Positions 39,101 to 50,586 of a DNA stretch of 64,000 nt are shown here, one piece after another (within the stretch, counting starts at the first letter, position 1; every line of letters begins with the position of its first letter). The position numbers were made by a program, and so were the translations under genes. The DNA is taken from positions 85,560,001 through 85,624,000 of the forward strand of contig OX597815.1 of assembly GCA_951406725.2 (NCBI GenBank). Direction: 5' to 3'. The notes beneath the pieces were generated by a model. It saw only the letters and a program-made list of their open reading frames with translations, was not told the origin of the DNA and did no database searches. The stretch is from Octopus vulgaris (lineage: Eukaryota).

Positions 39101-42100
39101 ATACCATAGCAGTTAGCATGGTTAGCCGAGTATAAATATCCAGACTGAAATATTGGTTTCAAATTTTGGCACAAGGCCAGAAATTTTGGAAGTGGCGGGT
39201 TAAGTCGATGATATCAATCCAACTGGAATTTACTTTATCGATTCCTCAAAGATGAAAGGCAAAGTCGACCACGGCATAATTTGAATTCAGAACGTAAAGA
39301 CGGACGAAATGCCGCTAAGAATTTTGCCCGAAATGCTAGCATTTCTGTCAGCTCGCTGCCTTATCAAACCCGAAATATTGTATTGTAATTCATTAGATAT
39401 ATAGGCGTAGGAGTGGATGTGTGGTAAGTAGCATGCTTACCCGTACATACGCATTGCTGTTGCTTCTTACAGAGAACCGAGGTGGACATGAGTGAGTTAG
39501 CTCCGTCCAATATTGAACTGAAAGAAAGATCAACATCAGCATAAGACCGTCGAGGTAGGTGATTGTGTTTTCGTTTGAGCTGGGTGTAATTTGTTAAGTA
39601 GTAACTGTTTGTTTGTTGATAAATTTCGCCAGCTCCGTGGCAATTCTGTCTGCTGTCAGCGGCTGCTATTTGTTGCTTTGTTGCATTGGAGGGGGGGATT
39701 CCTCATTCGAACTTACTGGATTTTGCCATTGAAACTTGTTGGATTACCATTGAACCTACGAAGTTGGTCAGGAGTACCTGTTGGCCATTAATGTTTGATG
39801 TGTGAACTGTTTTTCTTTTCTCTAACCTTCTGTTTTTTTTTCTTTCTTTTTGGAACTGTTTTTGCGTTTCTTTTGGATTTCATTTTTATTCATTTTTTGG
39901 GACTGACTTGTTTATTTCTTTTTGGACTTCTTGTTAATTTATTTGGACTTTCTTCTTTTGAACTGATTTTTAACATAGCAAATATAAAAAATGCCTTAGA
40001 GTGGGAGATTGTTCCACCTAATCAATGGATTAAAAACCTTGAGAGGAGAACGGTGGTACTACGGACCTATTCTAGGTTGCGTGACGCCATCGCACTCTTC
40101 GACAAGAGTATTATTAAAAAAGAGCTGGCAAGATGCTTGCCAGCCAAAGATTATTATGTAACCAGGGGTGTCAAAAACGCCACGGTGTGACTGCTTTTCG
40201 ACATCCCTGAAGAGGCTTGCACTGTGGCAGGCCAGCCCCTGAAAGGGGAGGAGATTTTGTTTCTTCCCACATATCATGGGAAGAAGGTAATAAGGGCCTG
40301 GGTATGTGGTCTGACCCCGGGCACCGAAGCGGGGTGGATTGCAAATGCCTTCCGGCGGCGCCTGGGGGATAGCGGGCCTAGGCTCTTAAATATAGACATA
40401 AAGCCTGCGGTCGATTGGGGGTGGTGGTGGTGCAAAGGCGATTTTGACCCTATGGACCCCAGTGGTCGCGGGTGAAATGACTTTTCCTGACTTTTTGAAA
40501 ATGGATGGCCCAAGGTATCCGGTGATACTTGAGGGTCGCCCCCATCCAAGTGTCACTCGTGCCTGGAGTCAGGCCACATTAAGAAGGACTGCCCCCGGGA
40601 CCGTGGTAAGATACCTGAGACGGGAATGGTGAAGGTATACTCCGCTCTCCCATTGCAGGGAGAAACGGAGGAAGTCGTTGAGGCATCGGCCTCAACGAGA
40701 AGGAAAAGAAAGGTGAGCAACAATGGTTACTCACCAACAGACGCGTAGGTTGTGGTAGAGGAGGAGAACACCCTGGGTGTGCCGGTGGAGGCCCCGACAC
40801 CCGCGACCGTAAGAGGGGAAAAAGAGAAAGAAGAGAAACGGGGGACGGTCGGCGGATGTCGCTGTGCCGCCGACCAAACCCGATGCTCCTCCGGTGGAAG
40901 GTGTGCCACCGGAGTGAGAGTCTCTGTCTGGGAATTGTGCCATGAACAGAGCAGGCTGAGGCCCCTCCCCGTGAGGAAGAGGTAAAACTAGTCGTTTTCT
41001 ATCTCACGGGAGGGCCTGCTTGGACAGTCTTCCAGGCCGAGAACGATTTGACTCGGTCTGTATAGACTGTCCAAGCTGGCCTCTGCAGGTGGCTGCGGAG
41101 GTCGTGAGTCAGAAGGGACTATTCAAGGTCATGGTGACCTGTAATAAAGAAGATTTTGTTTTCCTCTTTCCGGGCCCCGACCTGCCGATGCAGGATTTCC
41201 TGCAGGCGGCGGGTCATTTGCTTGGGAGCCCCTATGAGAAGGATTGATCTTATAGATTGTGTGTTGATTGTATATTGAATATTTTATTGTAAAAACTGTT
41301 GTGAGAGGTTTTGTGTTTTCTGTTGGAAAAAAAAAGAACAATGTTTTAGAGAAGCAGAAAATCGGCGGGCGTTTTTGCCTTCTCTCATCAATACCATCCT
41401 TGTTTCATCATTCACCTCATCAATGTATATGTCCAACCCGCAAGCTACTTTATCTTAATGAAATAAAGTAGCTTGCTTACCAACCACATGGTTCTGGGTT
41501 CAGTCCCACTGCGTGTTACCTTAGGCAAGTGTCTTCTACTATAACCTCAGGCCGATCAAAGCCTTGTGAGTGGATTTGGTAGACGGAAACTGAAAGAAAC
41601 CCGTCGTATATATATATTTGTGTGTGTGTGTTTGTCCCCCCAACATCGCTTGACAACCGATGCTGGTGTGCTTAACGTCCCCGTAACTTAGTGGTTCGGC
41701 AAAGAGACTGATAGAATAAGCACTAGGCTTACAAAGAATAAGTCCTGGATCGATGTGCCCCGTCTAAAGGCGCAGCCCCAGCATGGCCGCAGCCAAATGA
41801 ATGAAACAAGTCAAAGAATAAAAGAATATAATTTATTACAATATAAGTGTATACTTTTTACTTGTATTTAGGTATTTGTCATCGGCCATATTCCTCCGGG
41901 CTTGCTACGTAGTGGGAAAACATGGCTGTACAAAGAATATAATGAAAAACTAACCAAAATTCTACAGAACTATTCAGATGTAATTATTGCTGGCTTCTTC
42001 GGTCACGAACATGAAGATTCCTTCAAAGTAATCCACAGACCAACAAAAGGTTTGTATTTAAACATATGCCGCCATCATCATCATCATCATCATTTCTTTC

Positions 42101-42348
42101 TTCTTCTTCTTCTTCTTACGAGCTAAGCAATCATTTAGAGCTGAGTAAACTGGAGTAACGAGAAATAAAGTGCCTTACTCAAGGGCACAAGGCACCGCCC
42201 AGTCTGGGAATCGAACCCACGCAACATTCTAATGACTAGATCACACGAGGGAATAATCTTGCTTGACTGTGCTTTATAGTAGTCATGGTAAAATCTAAAA
42301 TAGGCCATTGTATTATCGCTATTATCATAGCTGATTAAACACACACAA

Positions 42349-42429
<81 letters not shown>

Positions 42430-44659
42430 CACGCACACACACACACACACATGGCTGGCGCAGTTGAACACTACAAGATACAAAACCCTTACTTCTTGTC
42501 TAGTAGTGCTGCAATTAATTATGAAGGTCATTTCTGTTATGTAATTAAAGGTGACAAACCATGAAGTCTAAGAATTTTGTTGTGGAAGTCGACAAGGTGT
42601 AAGAATATGAACCATTCATTCCTTCTTTGGTTATCTGCCATCTTATTTACTAGGTCATTCTTCAACACTTTAATCAACATTATACTATAGAAAATAAAAT
42701 CTGTAGTCACAGAGACCAATGGTAGCCAACACCGGCCCTGAAAGCAGCGTTTGTGTAGCTCACGAGATAATATTGGGTTTCCTAAATCAGTTTTAAGAAC
42801 TTACCCAGCAGACCTTAAATCATTAACTCCAAAAATGAGGACTCAATGAAATCATTCAACAAGCAGAGATTAATCAGTTTATTTTAGTGTGTAAAACTAT
42901 GTAACTGTATATTTTCTTATTTATAAATATATTATTGAAAAGGTACGTGGTAGACCTGAACGTTAAAAAGATATAACGCGGTCCTTACCAAACAGTTTTA
43001 CCATGGTTTATATAGATGTTCTCTTTCTCAATATTCAACTAAGCGCATTTAACTCTATAGAATTTTATCTACCAAAATCTTTCTCGTTCGGATTTATCTT
43101 CTGAAGAGATATCCTAACCATCTCCCCATTATAATAAGTTCATTATCTTTCCACTTTAGACACCAAGCAGAAGGAATGCTCTTTTGTGGAACCAAAGTAT
43201 ATATTTTAGAATTAAGTAGCATGTTTCCCGAAATTGCAGATGAGAGATAAGAAAACATTTAAGAATATAAATGGGTCGGCTTGAAATTCGATTTGGGTTG
43301 TTATAATTGTATCATATAGAATATCGTAGGAAAACAAGGCACGTGATTAAATTTCAATGGTGTATAAAGGTGAAATTTGAAGTATATTTATAAAATGATA
43401 CCTGGTATTTAGTGGATAAAAATGTAACAGAGAGGCCGCACAAATATGTTAAGTAGCGATATAAAAAGTAACATGAAAGATAAACCTTTTTAAGTAGGGC
43501 TTATGCAAACTAAAATTGATAACCTTGGGAGCTTATCGGGTCAGACAACTCATTGATTGAAAAATAGACTCTACAAGTATTCAAAGAATGTTTTACGGAA
43601 AAAGATTATCATCAAAGCATTTTTAATGTCTTTCTACCTTGCGAAACTCTATGCAGTTTATCGGAAGAAATCAGAAACTTAATAAGAGAAGTTATAAAGA
43701 CTTGTAAATCTAAAATATTGCATTTTTAGGATAAAGTCAGCAACTGAATTTCAAAACCAATTTATTTTGATGCTGGATAAAGTTAGCATCACGAAAGAAA
43801 CTGGTGATTAAATACGACCGAATTATATATGTAATAGGGAAGTTTGATATGCGAGTTCGATTAATTCATTTGCTGCAGGGAGTTAAGAAGAGTTTTGACC
43901 CGAAACTTGCAGGTCATTCCCGTCCTTCGTCTAAACGAAAGAAAGGAAATATAAAAGGAATTTTTGCACTTCGGTTGGAGGCAACAACTTTTGTAGGGAG
44001 ATAATATAGAGGATTAAATTGGCATCAATATATGGTTGGAATTCATTTCATAGATGCTGGGAAAAGGAAACACGGAACAGAAAATAATAATATAACTGTA
44101 TTACTCTAATGTGTCTCCCAACTTATCGACATTTCAATACATTCTTTTGTATTTTTCAGATTTAAGAAATAACAACGGTGTTCCTATTTTCGTAGCGCCT
44201 GCTTTGACACCATGGGTATATGATTATAACCGCAATCCAGCAGTCCGTCTTGTCAGATACAACGTTACATCGAAACAGTTACTTCAGATCACACAATATT
44301 ACGTTAATTTACCGAAAGCAAATGAGAAGGGACAAGTTCTTCTAGAACTGGAATATGTTATGCCTAAAAGCTATGACCTTGATGACCTCTCAGCTGCAGC
44401 TTTACTAAAGTTACGCAATAGAATGCAGACTGATGACAAACTTTTCAAACAATATCTTCAAAACATGTATGTAAATACAAAAACTGGACCAAAAATACAG
44501 TTCAGCAAAGATTTACAAACTCGTGTTTTATGTGCTATAAATTGCTATGACGAGAACTCGTATGAAATGTGTATTTCGTCCGGTGCCATATCTTACCACA
44601 GCTTAGCACTTATAAATAACTTCTTTCTTTTAGTCATTTATTTCCGTGACCTGGTATGA
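20806..44659 (+). CDS. SMPDL3B: Acid sphingomyelinase-like phosphodiesterase 3 (SMPDL3A/B family, 3B-like), spliced: join(20806..20959,27858..28056,29352..29590,36700..36884,41872..42049,44160..44659), 484 aa
   Basis: Exon lengths 154+199+239+185+178+500=1455 nt join in one open frame with matching phases (1,2,1,0,1). Motifs appear in order: [76 protein letters not shown]. Hydrophobic signal peptide in exon 1, no saposin domain (so not SMPD1), hydrophobic C-terminal tail. The 3A vs 3B assignment is inferred from the tail only. Confidence 0.92.
21092..21308 (+). mobile_element. Second, more diverged copy of the same mariner MITE
   Basis: Colinear similarity to 30541-30756 (GGTTGGAGGC.CAACCTTCCGAGTTCTTTTACAGGG...CTGAGAGGG). 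Confidence 0.75.
21410..21847 (-). mobile_element. SINE family A, immediately 3' of the U6 pseudogene
   Basis: Minus strand starts GGCGCAGGAGTGGCTGTG and ends ATGACTGAAACAAG plus an A-rich tail. Confidence 0.85.
21852..21957 (-). pseudogene. RNU6: U6 snRNA pseudogene (near full length)
   Basis: The minus strand of 21852-21940 matches the conserved U6 core (ACATATACTAAAATTGGAACGATACAGAGAAGATTAG...GCAAATTCGTGAAGCGTTCC..TTTT) with about 5 differences in 89 nt versus vertebrate U6 as recalled. ACAGAGA is intact but the AGC triad reads AGT. Upstream is a (TA)n tract, not a recognisable promoter. Confidence 0.9.
22091..23175 (+). mobile_element. Mariner (DD34D) transposon, decayed and internally deleted
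   Basis: TA-flanked TIRs TTAGGTCATTCCATAA.. / ..TTATGGGATGACCCAG; transposase fragments [36 protein letters not shown] with stops and frameshifts. Confidence 0.88.
23180..23848 (+). repeat. Two diverged direct copies (~23180-23355 and ~23660-23848), possibly 5' ends of a non-autonomous Helitron-like element
   Basis: Both start TC..TATAAAAGGCAGGATG(TG)n, then GTCCACAAATTAG...TTTTGTCAACT...TTCCCCGAGGCA; no 3' CTAG hairpin identified. Confidence 0.5.
24760..26017 (+). mobile_element. Penelope-like element remnant (RT C-terminus plus GIY-YIG endonuclease), 5'-truncated and frameshifted
   Basis: [74 protein letters not shown]...RTTLH. Confidence 0.85.
25317..25537. mobile_element. 221-bp unclassified insertion in the Penelope ORF, ACTGA 5-bp TSD
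   Basis: ACTGA at 25312-25316 and 25538-25542; excision restores [16 protein letters not shown] in frame with the GIY-YIG ORF. Confidence 0.65.
26660..27500 (-). mobile_element. Three SINE family B copies
   Basis: Same core at about 26720, 26940 and 27360. Confidence 0.8.
27766..27854 (+). repeat. (TATC)n microsatellite directly upstream of the exon 2 acceptor
   Basis: About 22 units ending ...ATCTCAG|GTTAC. Confidence 0.95.
27858..28056 (+). CDS. SMPDL3B: SMPDL3 coding exon 2 (DLH metal motif to WTG)
   Basis: Acceptor CTCAG|; translates [14 protein letters not shown]...[11 protein letters not shown]...DFIVWTG; donor GG|GCAAGT (GC donor). Not in the ORF track because it has no start codon. 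Confidence 0.92.
29352..29590 (+). CDS. SMPDL3B: SMPDL3 coding exon 3 (GNHD motif)
   Basis: Acceptor TTATTATAG|; DTVLHPR...[10 protein letters not shown]...LAEEWL; donor A|GTAAGT. Confidence 0.92.
30541..30756 (+). mobile_element. Mariner-derived MITE
   Basis: TIRs CGAGGGAGTACTGAAAAGTTCCTGG / TCAGGAACTTTTCAACACTCCCTCG with TA on both sides; interior encodes a mariner-like C-terminus [21 protein letters not shown]. Confidence 0.85.
30917..31390 (+). mobile_element. SINE family A, full length
   Basis: Same head, internal (TA)(TG) tract and tail as the copies at 41466 and 60140. Confidence 0.88.
32788..33087. repeat. Inverted repeat (arms 32788-32876 and 33000-33087) flanking the hammerhead, inserted in a SINE's internal microsatellite
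   Basis: About 88-bp arms that are reverse complements, e.g. ACTTGTACATCCACAAAATATATTTT / AAAATATATTTTGTGGATGTACAAGT. Confidence 0.8.
32874..32957 (-). ncRNA. Minimal type I hammerhead ribozyme motif (Penelope-like type)
   Basis: Minus strand: GACC-CTGATGA-A-GCTGCAcCGAC...GTCGcTGCAGC-G-GAAAC-ACGT-GTA-AGTC. Core intact, long stem II, palindromic stem III (ACACGTGT), GUA cleavage triplet. Confidence 0.7.
33980..34202. mobile_element. Tc1/mariner-type MITE
   Basis: About 29-bp TIRs CAGAGTGCGGCAGAAGTAACGCCCTTTTG / CAAAAAGGGCGTTACTTTTGCCGCATCCTG, TA on the right flank. Confidence 0.75.
34355..34761 (+). mobile_element. Composite (dimeric) SINE family B
   Basis: Head AAGGCGGCGAGCTGGCAGAAACGTTAGCAC, core, tail 1 (GCCCCTTGTGGGTAGTAAAGAAATAGG), second core, tail 2 (CTTGTGCCTAGAGTAGAAAAGAAT). 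Confidence 0.85.
36700..36884 (+). CDS. SMPDL3B: SMPDL3 coding exon 4
   Basis: Pyrimidine tract and TAG| acceptor; FSKNGYY...[10 protein letters not shown]...[13 protein letters not shown]...KEKKK; donor AAG|GTAAAA. Confidence 0.9.
37885..38800 (+). mobile_element. Non-LTR retrotransposon RT fragment (RLE-bearing, R4/Dong-like)
   Basis: [62 protein letters not shown] with stops and frameshifts. Confidence 0.8.
39404..41827 (+). mobile_element. SINE family A, split by the 2-kb ORF1-only element
   Basis: Head 39404-39441 resumes at 41466 and runs to the A-rich tail. Confidence 0.85.
39442..41465 (+). mobile_element. ORF1-only (HAL1-like, L1/Tx1-related) non-LTR element inserted in a SINE
   Basis: 16-bp TSD AAGTAGC(A/T)TGCTTACC at 39426-39441 and 41466-41481; CCHC knuckle [14 protein letters not shown] at 40551-40592 after YPVILEGRP; T-rich 5' region; ends at AATAAA; no RT or endonuclease motif seen. 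Confidence 0.75.
41872..42049 (+). CDS. SMPDL3B: SMPDL3 coding exon 5 (GHIPP and GHxH motifs)
   Basis: Acceptor TTTAG|; [10 protein letters not shown]...[20 protein letters not shown]; donor G|GTTTGT. Confidence 0.92.
44160..44659 (+). CDS. SMPDL3B: SMPDL3 coding exon 6 (C-terminal domain, GPI-like tail, stop)
   Basis: Acceptor TTTTTCAG|; APALTPW...NPAVRL...[10 protein letters not shown]...LEY...LCAI...YEMC, ending [27 protein letters not shown]. Confidence 0.92.
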
Positions 44660-44917
44660 TTTGCACGAGACTCAGACCTGTTTGCAAGTAAATAATTGTT
44701 TATTTTATATTCACATTCGTTTTTAAATCAATATGTTTCTATATTCTGTTTTTTTCTGAGACCTTAAAGAGATACAGCAGTTTTTTAAATGAAAGAGTTG
44801 AATCTCCCAGTTTATCTCTTTAAACAGGGAAATTAATAGGATTATCGCTTTTGAGGCCAATGCAGCTGACACTCTTACTATTTGCGTATAAAAATTGTGT
44901 TCGGCGTGATAATTATT

Positions 44918-44923
44918 AATAAA
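44918..44923 (+). terminator. Candidate polyadenylation signal for SMPDL3
   Basis: AATAAA about 260 nt after the stop codon; in AT-rich DNA this could be chance. Confidence 0.3.
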
Positions 44924-47225
44924 AGCGAGACTGATAAATTCATTGTTACTGTAATGATGTTGACTGATGTATGTGACTCCCACAACACATTGCATCGTAA
45001 AATTGATGTCTTTTCCTTTTTTGATTTTTAATGCTGAAGCAGCCAAGTGTGATTCTTCTTCTCCTAGTTAGAAACTTAGCAGCTTTTAAAAATCAATGCT
45101 ACTGGCCGACAAAAAGCCAGCGAGAGAGTCTGTACGTGACTTTTCGGTCAGAAAGAAGTAGCAACCGAATCTTCTACAAACTACACATTATCATCTTAAA
45201 TATGAAAAGAACAGTTTAGATAATGTCACTCTAAACACTGGATGATTATGGCTGGAACATGTCATATCAGATCTTTTCCTTCAAGGATGATCTAGGAATA
45301 AAGAGTAACATGCATTAAATCGAATCTTTACATGGTCACTGGATCTGCTCGAAATGGCAATGAACTCGCCCCCCCCCCAATTGCACCTTAGAGTCTTAAG
45401 GAAAGAAATGTTCTATTACGCGAAGGAAATCATAAAACATGATGGTTTCTGCAGGATGCCAAAAAGGTTTTGATTATACGTTTAAGTAACCTTACATTTG
45501 AATGATAAAAGCTGACTTATGTCTGAAAAAAAATGACAGCAACGAAATGCGTCAGTTATGCACATTTTCTCATGTTGTCCATTGAATTGGGTTATGATGC
45601 CAGTTTTGGCGTGTATTATCTATTGGGACCTTGTATAAGACATGGTGTGATCTAAGGGAGATTTAACTATTATTTTTCAGATCATGTGACCATATATAGG
45701 CTTCCACATTGGCTCAGTTATTTCAGTGATTTATATACAATCACATGCCATCTATTTGCGGTGAAATAATTTGAGCCATTTAAGAATTAACTATCAGAAT
45801 TCTCAATGATTTTTTGTTACCGATATACAGGCAACAGTTATCTAACAGTCGGCTCTCTAACAAAATGTATTTACGCTCAAATGAGTGGGTCATATATTTT
45901 AAGACGTGTCAGTAGGATGCGCAGAAAATAATAAAACAATAATGAAAAGAGATGGTTATGTTTTCTATTTTCTTTTGCTGTAATTCCGCCCATGAAATAC
46001 GGTAAAATAAAATCTTTGAAAAAAGATTTTGCTAATATTTTTTAATGATGTAGAGAAAGAATATTCAAGGATGTTAGATTGATTTGTGTAGGGAGATCTA
46101 GTGACAGTCTTAAAGAATAAATACTCAACAGTTGTAGCCATGCATTTCGAAGGACATAAAACTATAAAAAATAACGTTAAAAAATCCAACCTAACAAAAA
46201 AAAAAAAATCACATCAAAAATTTAGAAGAATCTAATTATTTGTAATGAAATTATGATTACATTTGTTTCGTTTGCCATTCTTCTGAAGGAAACAGCTAAA
46301 TGTATGCGTATTTCATTGTAACAATAGCATTCACTTTCTAAGTTGATGGTCATATTGTGGTAACTCTTGCTTGATTAACTGGTCTTCTAATGACTGCCAG
46401 TAATATTCCAAGACTGTCACTCTGGGCTAGAGAAAAGAAGCGCCGAACACAATTAATGCCGAAGAAACACTCTGTAGCTTTGAAAATTAATCAAAATAAA
46501 AGGTATCGATCGTAGCTATGTGGTAAAGGGAAACGCTCAAGCAGATTCAAGTAGAAAAATCCTACAAAGACATGGATTTGGCATTCAATATCTAAATTGT
46601 AAGGCTTTCTTTACGGACGAAACGCTGGTCTATAAATCAATCGTTTCATTGAATCGCTAGTGATCAATATATATGTTCTTGTTATTAACTCATTTAGCTA
46701 GATGAATGGTGTACAACAGCACCACAGTTTTTCCATTGCTACAATGGAAAATAGGTTAAGTTATGAAAAGTTGGGATTCTTGTATTGTACTTAATAACCT
46801 CAGACTTAAGAATAATGTGGTTAAAGTGTTTCTGTTATAGGTTATAGATGAATTGTCAAAGGTTTCCTTGACCATTGTTAGAGGCGCTAAAACAGTTTGT
46901 TACAGAAGTTAATACCATAATAACGAAGGTAATTGAAAAAATCATATATCTGTAGCAAGCGTCGTGAAGTAAAAGCATTGTTTCTCTTTCAGCGATTAAC
47001 TTTATCTACTCATGACGTCAGCTTACAGCTGCATAATCTGAAATATTGGAAAAAAATGGAATAAGGAGATTTATTTAAAACCAATACAAAATACGTTTTT
47101 AAGTTATTGAAATTATCATCCCTTCACGAGAAGAATAAAGGAATACCTTGTGACAACTGTCGTTAAGGTCAAACGATACTCTGAAAAAGACACTGATTAT
47201 CAAAGGACAAGAAGATAACTGTGAA

Positions 47226-47527
47226 CAGTGACGGATTGGCCAAGTTGCCAGCTTGCCCGATGGCAAGTGGGTCCCTGCGCCATTAGAATCCATACACGGG
47301 GGCCCATGTTAGTATCTAAGGGGCCCATCCTCTCATGTTTGAGCATTAATTTTCTATTCACTCCTGGAAGAATGCATTAATTATTTCAGCTTGGCTGTGT
47401 AGGTAGACAGTTAAAAATAATACTTAAAAAAAAAAAAAAATAAATAATAGCATTGTAGTAGCAAGTATGCCCCCTTGTAGTTGCAGGTCTCATGGCAACC
47501 AATAATTTTAGATCCAGTCCGCCACTG
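47226..47527. mobile_element. hAT-type MITE with 8-bp TSD
   Basis: TIRs CAGTGACGGATTGG / CCAGTCCGCCACTG; flanks ACTGTGAA / GCTGTGAA; internal GGGGCCC motifs. Confidence 0.8.
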
Positions 47528-48255
47528 GCTGTGAACATGTGTTTCTGCTACAGTAAGCGCCATCAGCATAGCAGTTGTCCCTTTTTGAATTCAGCAGACT
47601 AGATACTTAAGCATATTAAAAAAAGGAGTAGGAAATATTTGTGGCCTAGATTAATTTTGCAAAATGTAAACTAAATCGAAGGGTAGAAATCTATTTCCAT
47701 TTACATCGTACATCTTCCACACTACTGCCACTATTTTACACTAGTTTCCACTTCTCTGTCTTCACATGCACTCATTAATATAGATTTCCCCACTTTTATT
47801 TTTAAATTCGCAATTTTGTGAACTTATGATAACGTCTGTGCATTATTTTTCTCGTCAACGAAAAACAAGCAAAGAAAATTCTAGACTACTCTTTCTCCTC
47901 ATGAGATTAAACGTGTTCCACAATTTAAACTATTTGTATTGCTCTTGTATTATTTTTGCCAACGCAGCGCTTCATCAATTTCCGAGGATAGTACTGATTT
48001 ACTGAAAGTTTGATGAATTTGGCGGTGAGGGAGGCAAGTTCTAGAGCGAACTGCTTGAGAGTAACTAAAGCCATATTGTCTCGATTGTGACTTTGTCGGC
48101 TAGAAGTAACCGGTAGAGTTTTCGCCACTTGGCGTATATGTTCAGGCGGTGAAGGGGTAAAGAAAAGTTTCGATGAAATTCTTTAGCGTGCTCCCACTGC
48201 GAAATTAGATGCAAATCTAGTTGAAAATGTTGAAGCTTTTCCTAAGGAAGCATTG

Positions 48256-49996
48256 CATATGACCAGTTGTTTGTGCGAAGTCAGTTTGAGCGAAGACATT
48301 TTGAGCGAAATTAAGATGATGTGTATTTTGAGCAATGCCTATTAAGAGATGTCAGTTTGAGCGAACCACAAACTGTTTTTAAAGACGCTTTGAGCAAAGT
48401 TGATAAAAATAAAAATATAGTAGAATTCTACAATTTCTTTTACATAAATCATTACACCTTCACAACGAGTAAATAAAAAATATTAGAAATTGACAAATTC
48501 TATTGTAGAAAGAACTAACAATTCACAACGTTTAAAATCGAACAAATTAATTCTAGAAAGAATAGAAATTCAAAAAGTAATGTTGTAGGCAAGGTGTCTA
48601 AGATAATCTGTAATTTCTAAATCTCTTGATTCAATAATACTTTTAAGTCTTCTCTCTATGTTCTTGTATTTCCTCTTGTGTGCAGGTTCTCCTGAACAAA
48701 TTCCAAAATATTTCACCTTTCGTAGGCTCTCTTCTCTTCTAAAAGCCTCAATTAAGAGCCAAACTGCCGGGTGTCTACAAGATAGACGGTCTTGGAAATC
48801 AGTGTGCTACCCTTCTACGGAATTATTTGCTCGCGGGAGATCCATCTAAAGCCTGTTATAAACGTTCCACAATGATATTGGAAATTTAGGCTTTCTTTAC
48901 AGTTGTTTGCCAATGGCTGGCCAATATAATTATTTTCGAAATAATCGAAAATATTGACAAGATCTTCATTATGATTTTCCAACTCATGTACGACTTGAAA
49001 CCCTGTTATGATATTGTTTGGCTGTGCAGGTCGTCATTTTGATTAACATTCGAACATTTTCTTCGTTAACATATCTTTCTCTTATACCCTCGTTGGTAAT
49101 GTTTCTCCATATACTCTGTCCCAAACAGAAGAAGCATCCTGATATGCTTCAGCGCAGGAATGAATGTGTTATTGCATTCCTTGAAACAATCTCGAAGTCT
49201 ATTAAGACGGAAGTAGGTTCTAGCAAAGGCTCAAGTTCTTTCAGTTTAGTGAATATTGCTGTGTGACTTTTCTCACATTTATTCGTAAGTAAAGCATATA
49301 TACAAGGTATTACACGTTCCTTTATCAATGCATGCACTGTCAAAATTTGTAGGAAAATACTTGGAGCTGTTTTGAAAGTTCTGTTAGCTAACCATTGACG
49401 ATTGTCTCTTAGTCAGGTAAGATTTACATTTGTGTCAAAAATTATTATCCTTTTCTCATCACTTATACCACTATCATAGAGAATAAAATTATCGCCCGTG
49501 AAAGTAGACCGCAGGGATTCCGGAATAACGATGGATGCAGCTGATTGAGGGGTGGAGGGTAGTCCCCCCATAACACTTTGCCTCCTAGATACGGTATGTT
49601 TTAATTTTACTCCTGATCCAATCTTTGCTGTTGGTTTGGTAGACCATCAATGACGTCTTGGAGTAGGCATCTCGGTGGATCATGCGAAGTTACAGCAGCT
49701 TTGCAAACATTTTCTTTAACTTTTCCCCGTCGACTTTAACAGATTCGGGAGCATGCGTGTGTTCTTCTTTCTCAGTGCAATTTCTATCTTTTTTGTATTC
49801 CAATGGGGTACTCAACCGTCATTTAAGTTAATACCCATCAATCGCTGATGTCAATCGCAATATGTACGATAATATATATTTCACTTAAAATTAACCTTCA
49901 CTGAAAGTACTGTTCGCTCCAAATAACTTCGCTCAAAATGACTTCGCTAAAAATTCACTTCTCTGAAATTGACTTCATTCAAAATGAACAGCATCG
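48256..49996 (-). mobile_element. MULE/Mutator transposon remnant
   Basis: Minus-strand fragments RTFKTAPSIF, IPCIYALLTNK, VLIDFE, GCFFCLGQSIW, RANNSVEG; inverted terminal arrays of ~15-bp TTTTGAGCGAAGTCA-like units at about 48265-48400 and 49910-49990; ends approximate. Confidence 0.75.
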
Positions 49997-50539
49997 ACAT
50001 TACCCTAGTTGATGAGTGGTGAATAAAGGACAAATAGTTTCGGTTGCTATTTGAGAGGTGAGAAAATATGGAATCGACTTTTATTTTATAATGGTATTCT
50101 GAATGAGTTGAAGTGCGGGAAATAAAAGAACATCCAGTTAGTAGATATGAGTAATTTTTTCCTAGATATTGTTTGCAGAATATTGCAATAGCACAACTAA
50201 GTGTGAACCATTTAAGTGATTTTGGTTATAATAAGCTTTGTGTAAAGCACGTGAGGGAAATATTTCAGAGTATGCTTTATCTCATCTGCATAGCTGTCTA
50301 GAATTGGTAAGAAGTGAACCACGTGTCTTGCTAGGAATAATTAGTTTAAAAGTGGCGAAGTTATGAGCATTCGATTGGCATAGGATTGAGGAGATGTGAT
50401 GTGTAATAATAAACGAATGCGGCATAATAGGTAGTCGTGATTACGCAACGGTTTTCCTGGTGGTAATTGTCATAAAGAGTTCAGGACTGCAAACGATGCG
50501 GCTTCTTACCCAATGTAGCACCATATGATCTCACACACA

Positions 50540-50586
<47 letters not shown>

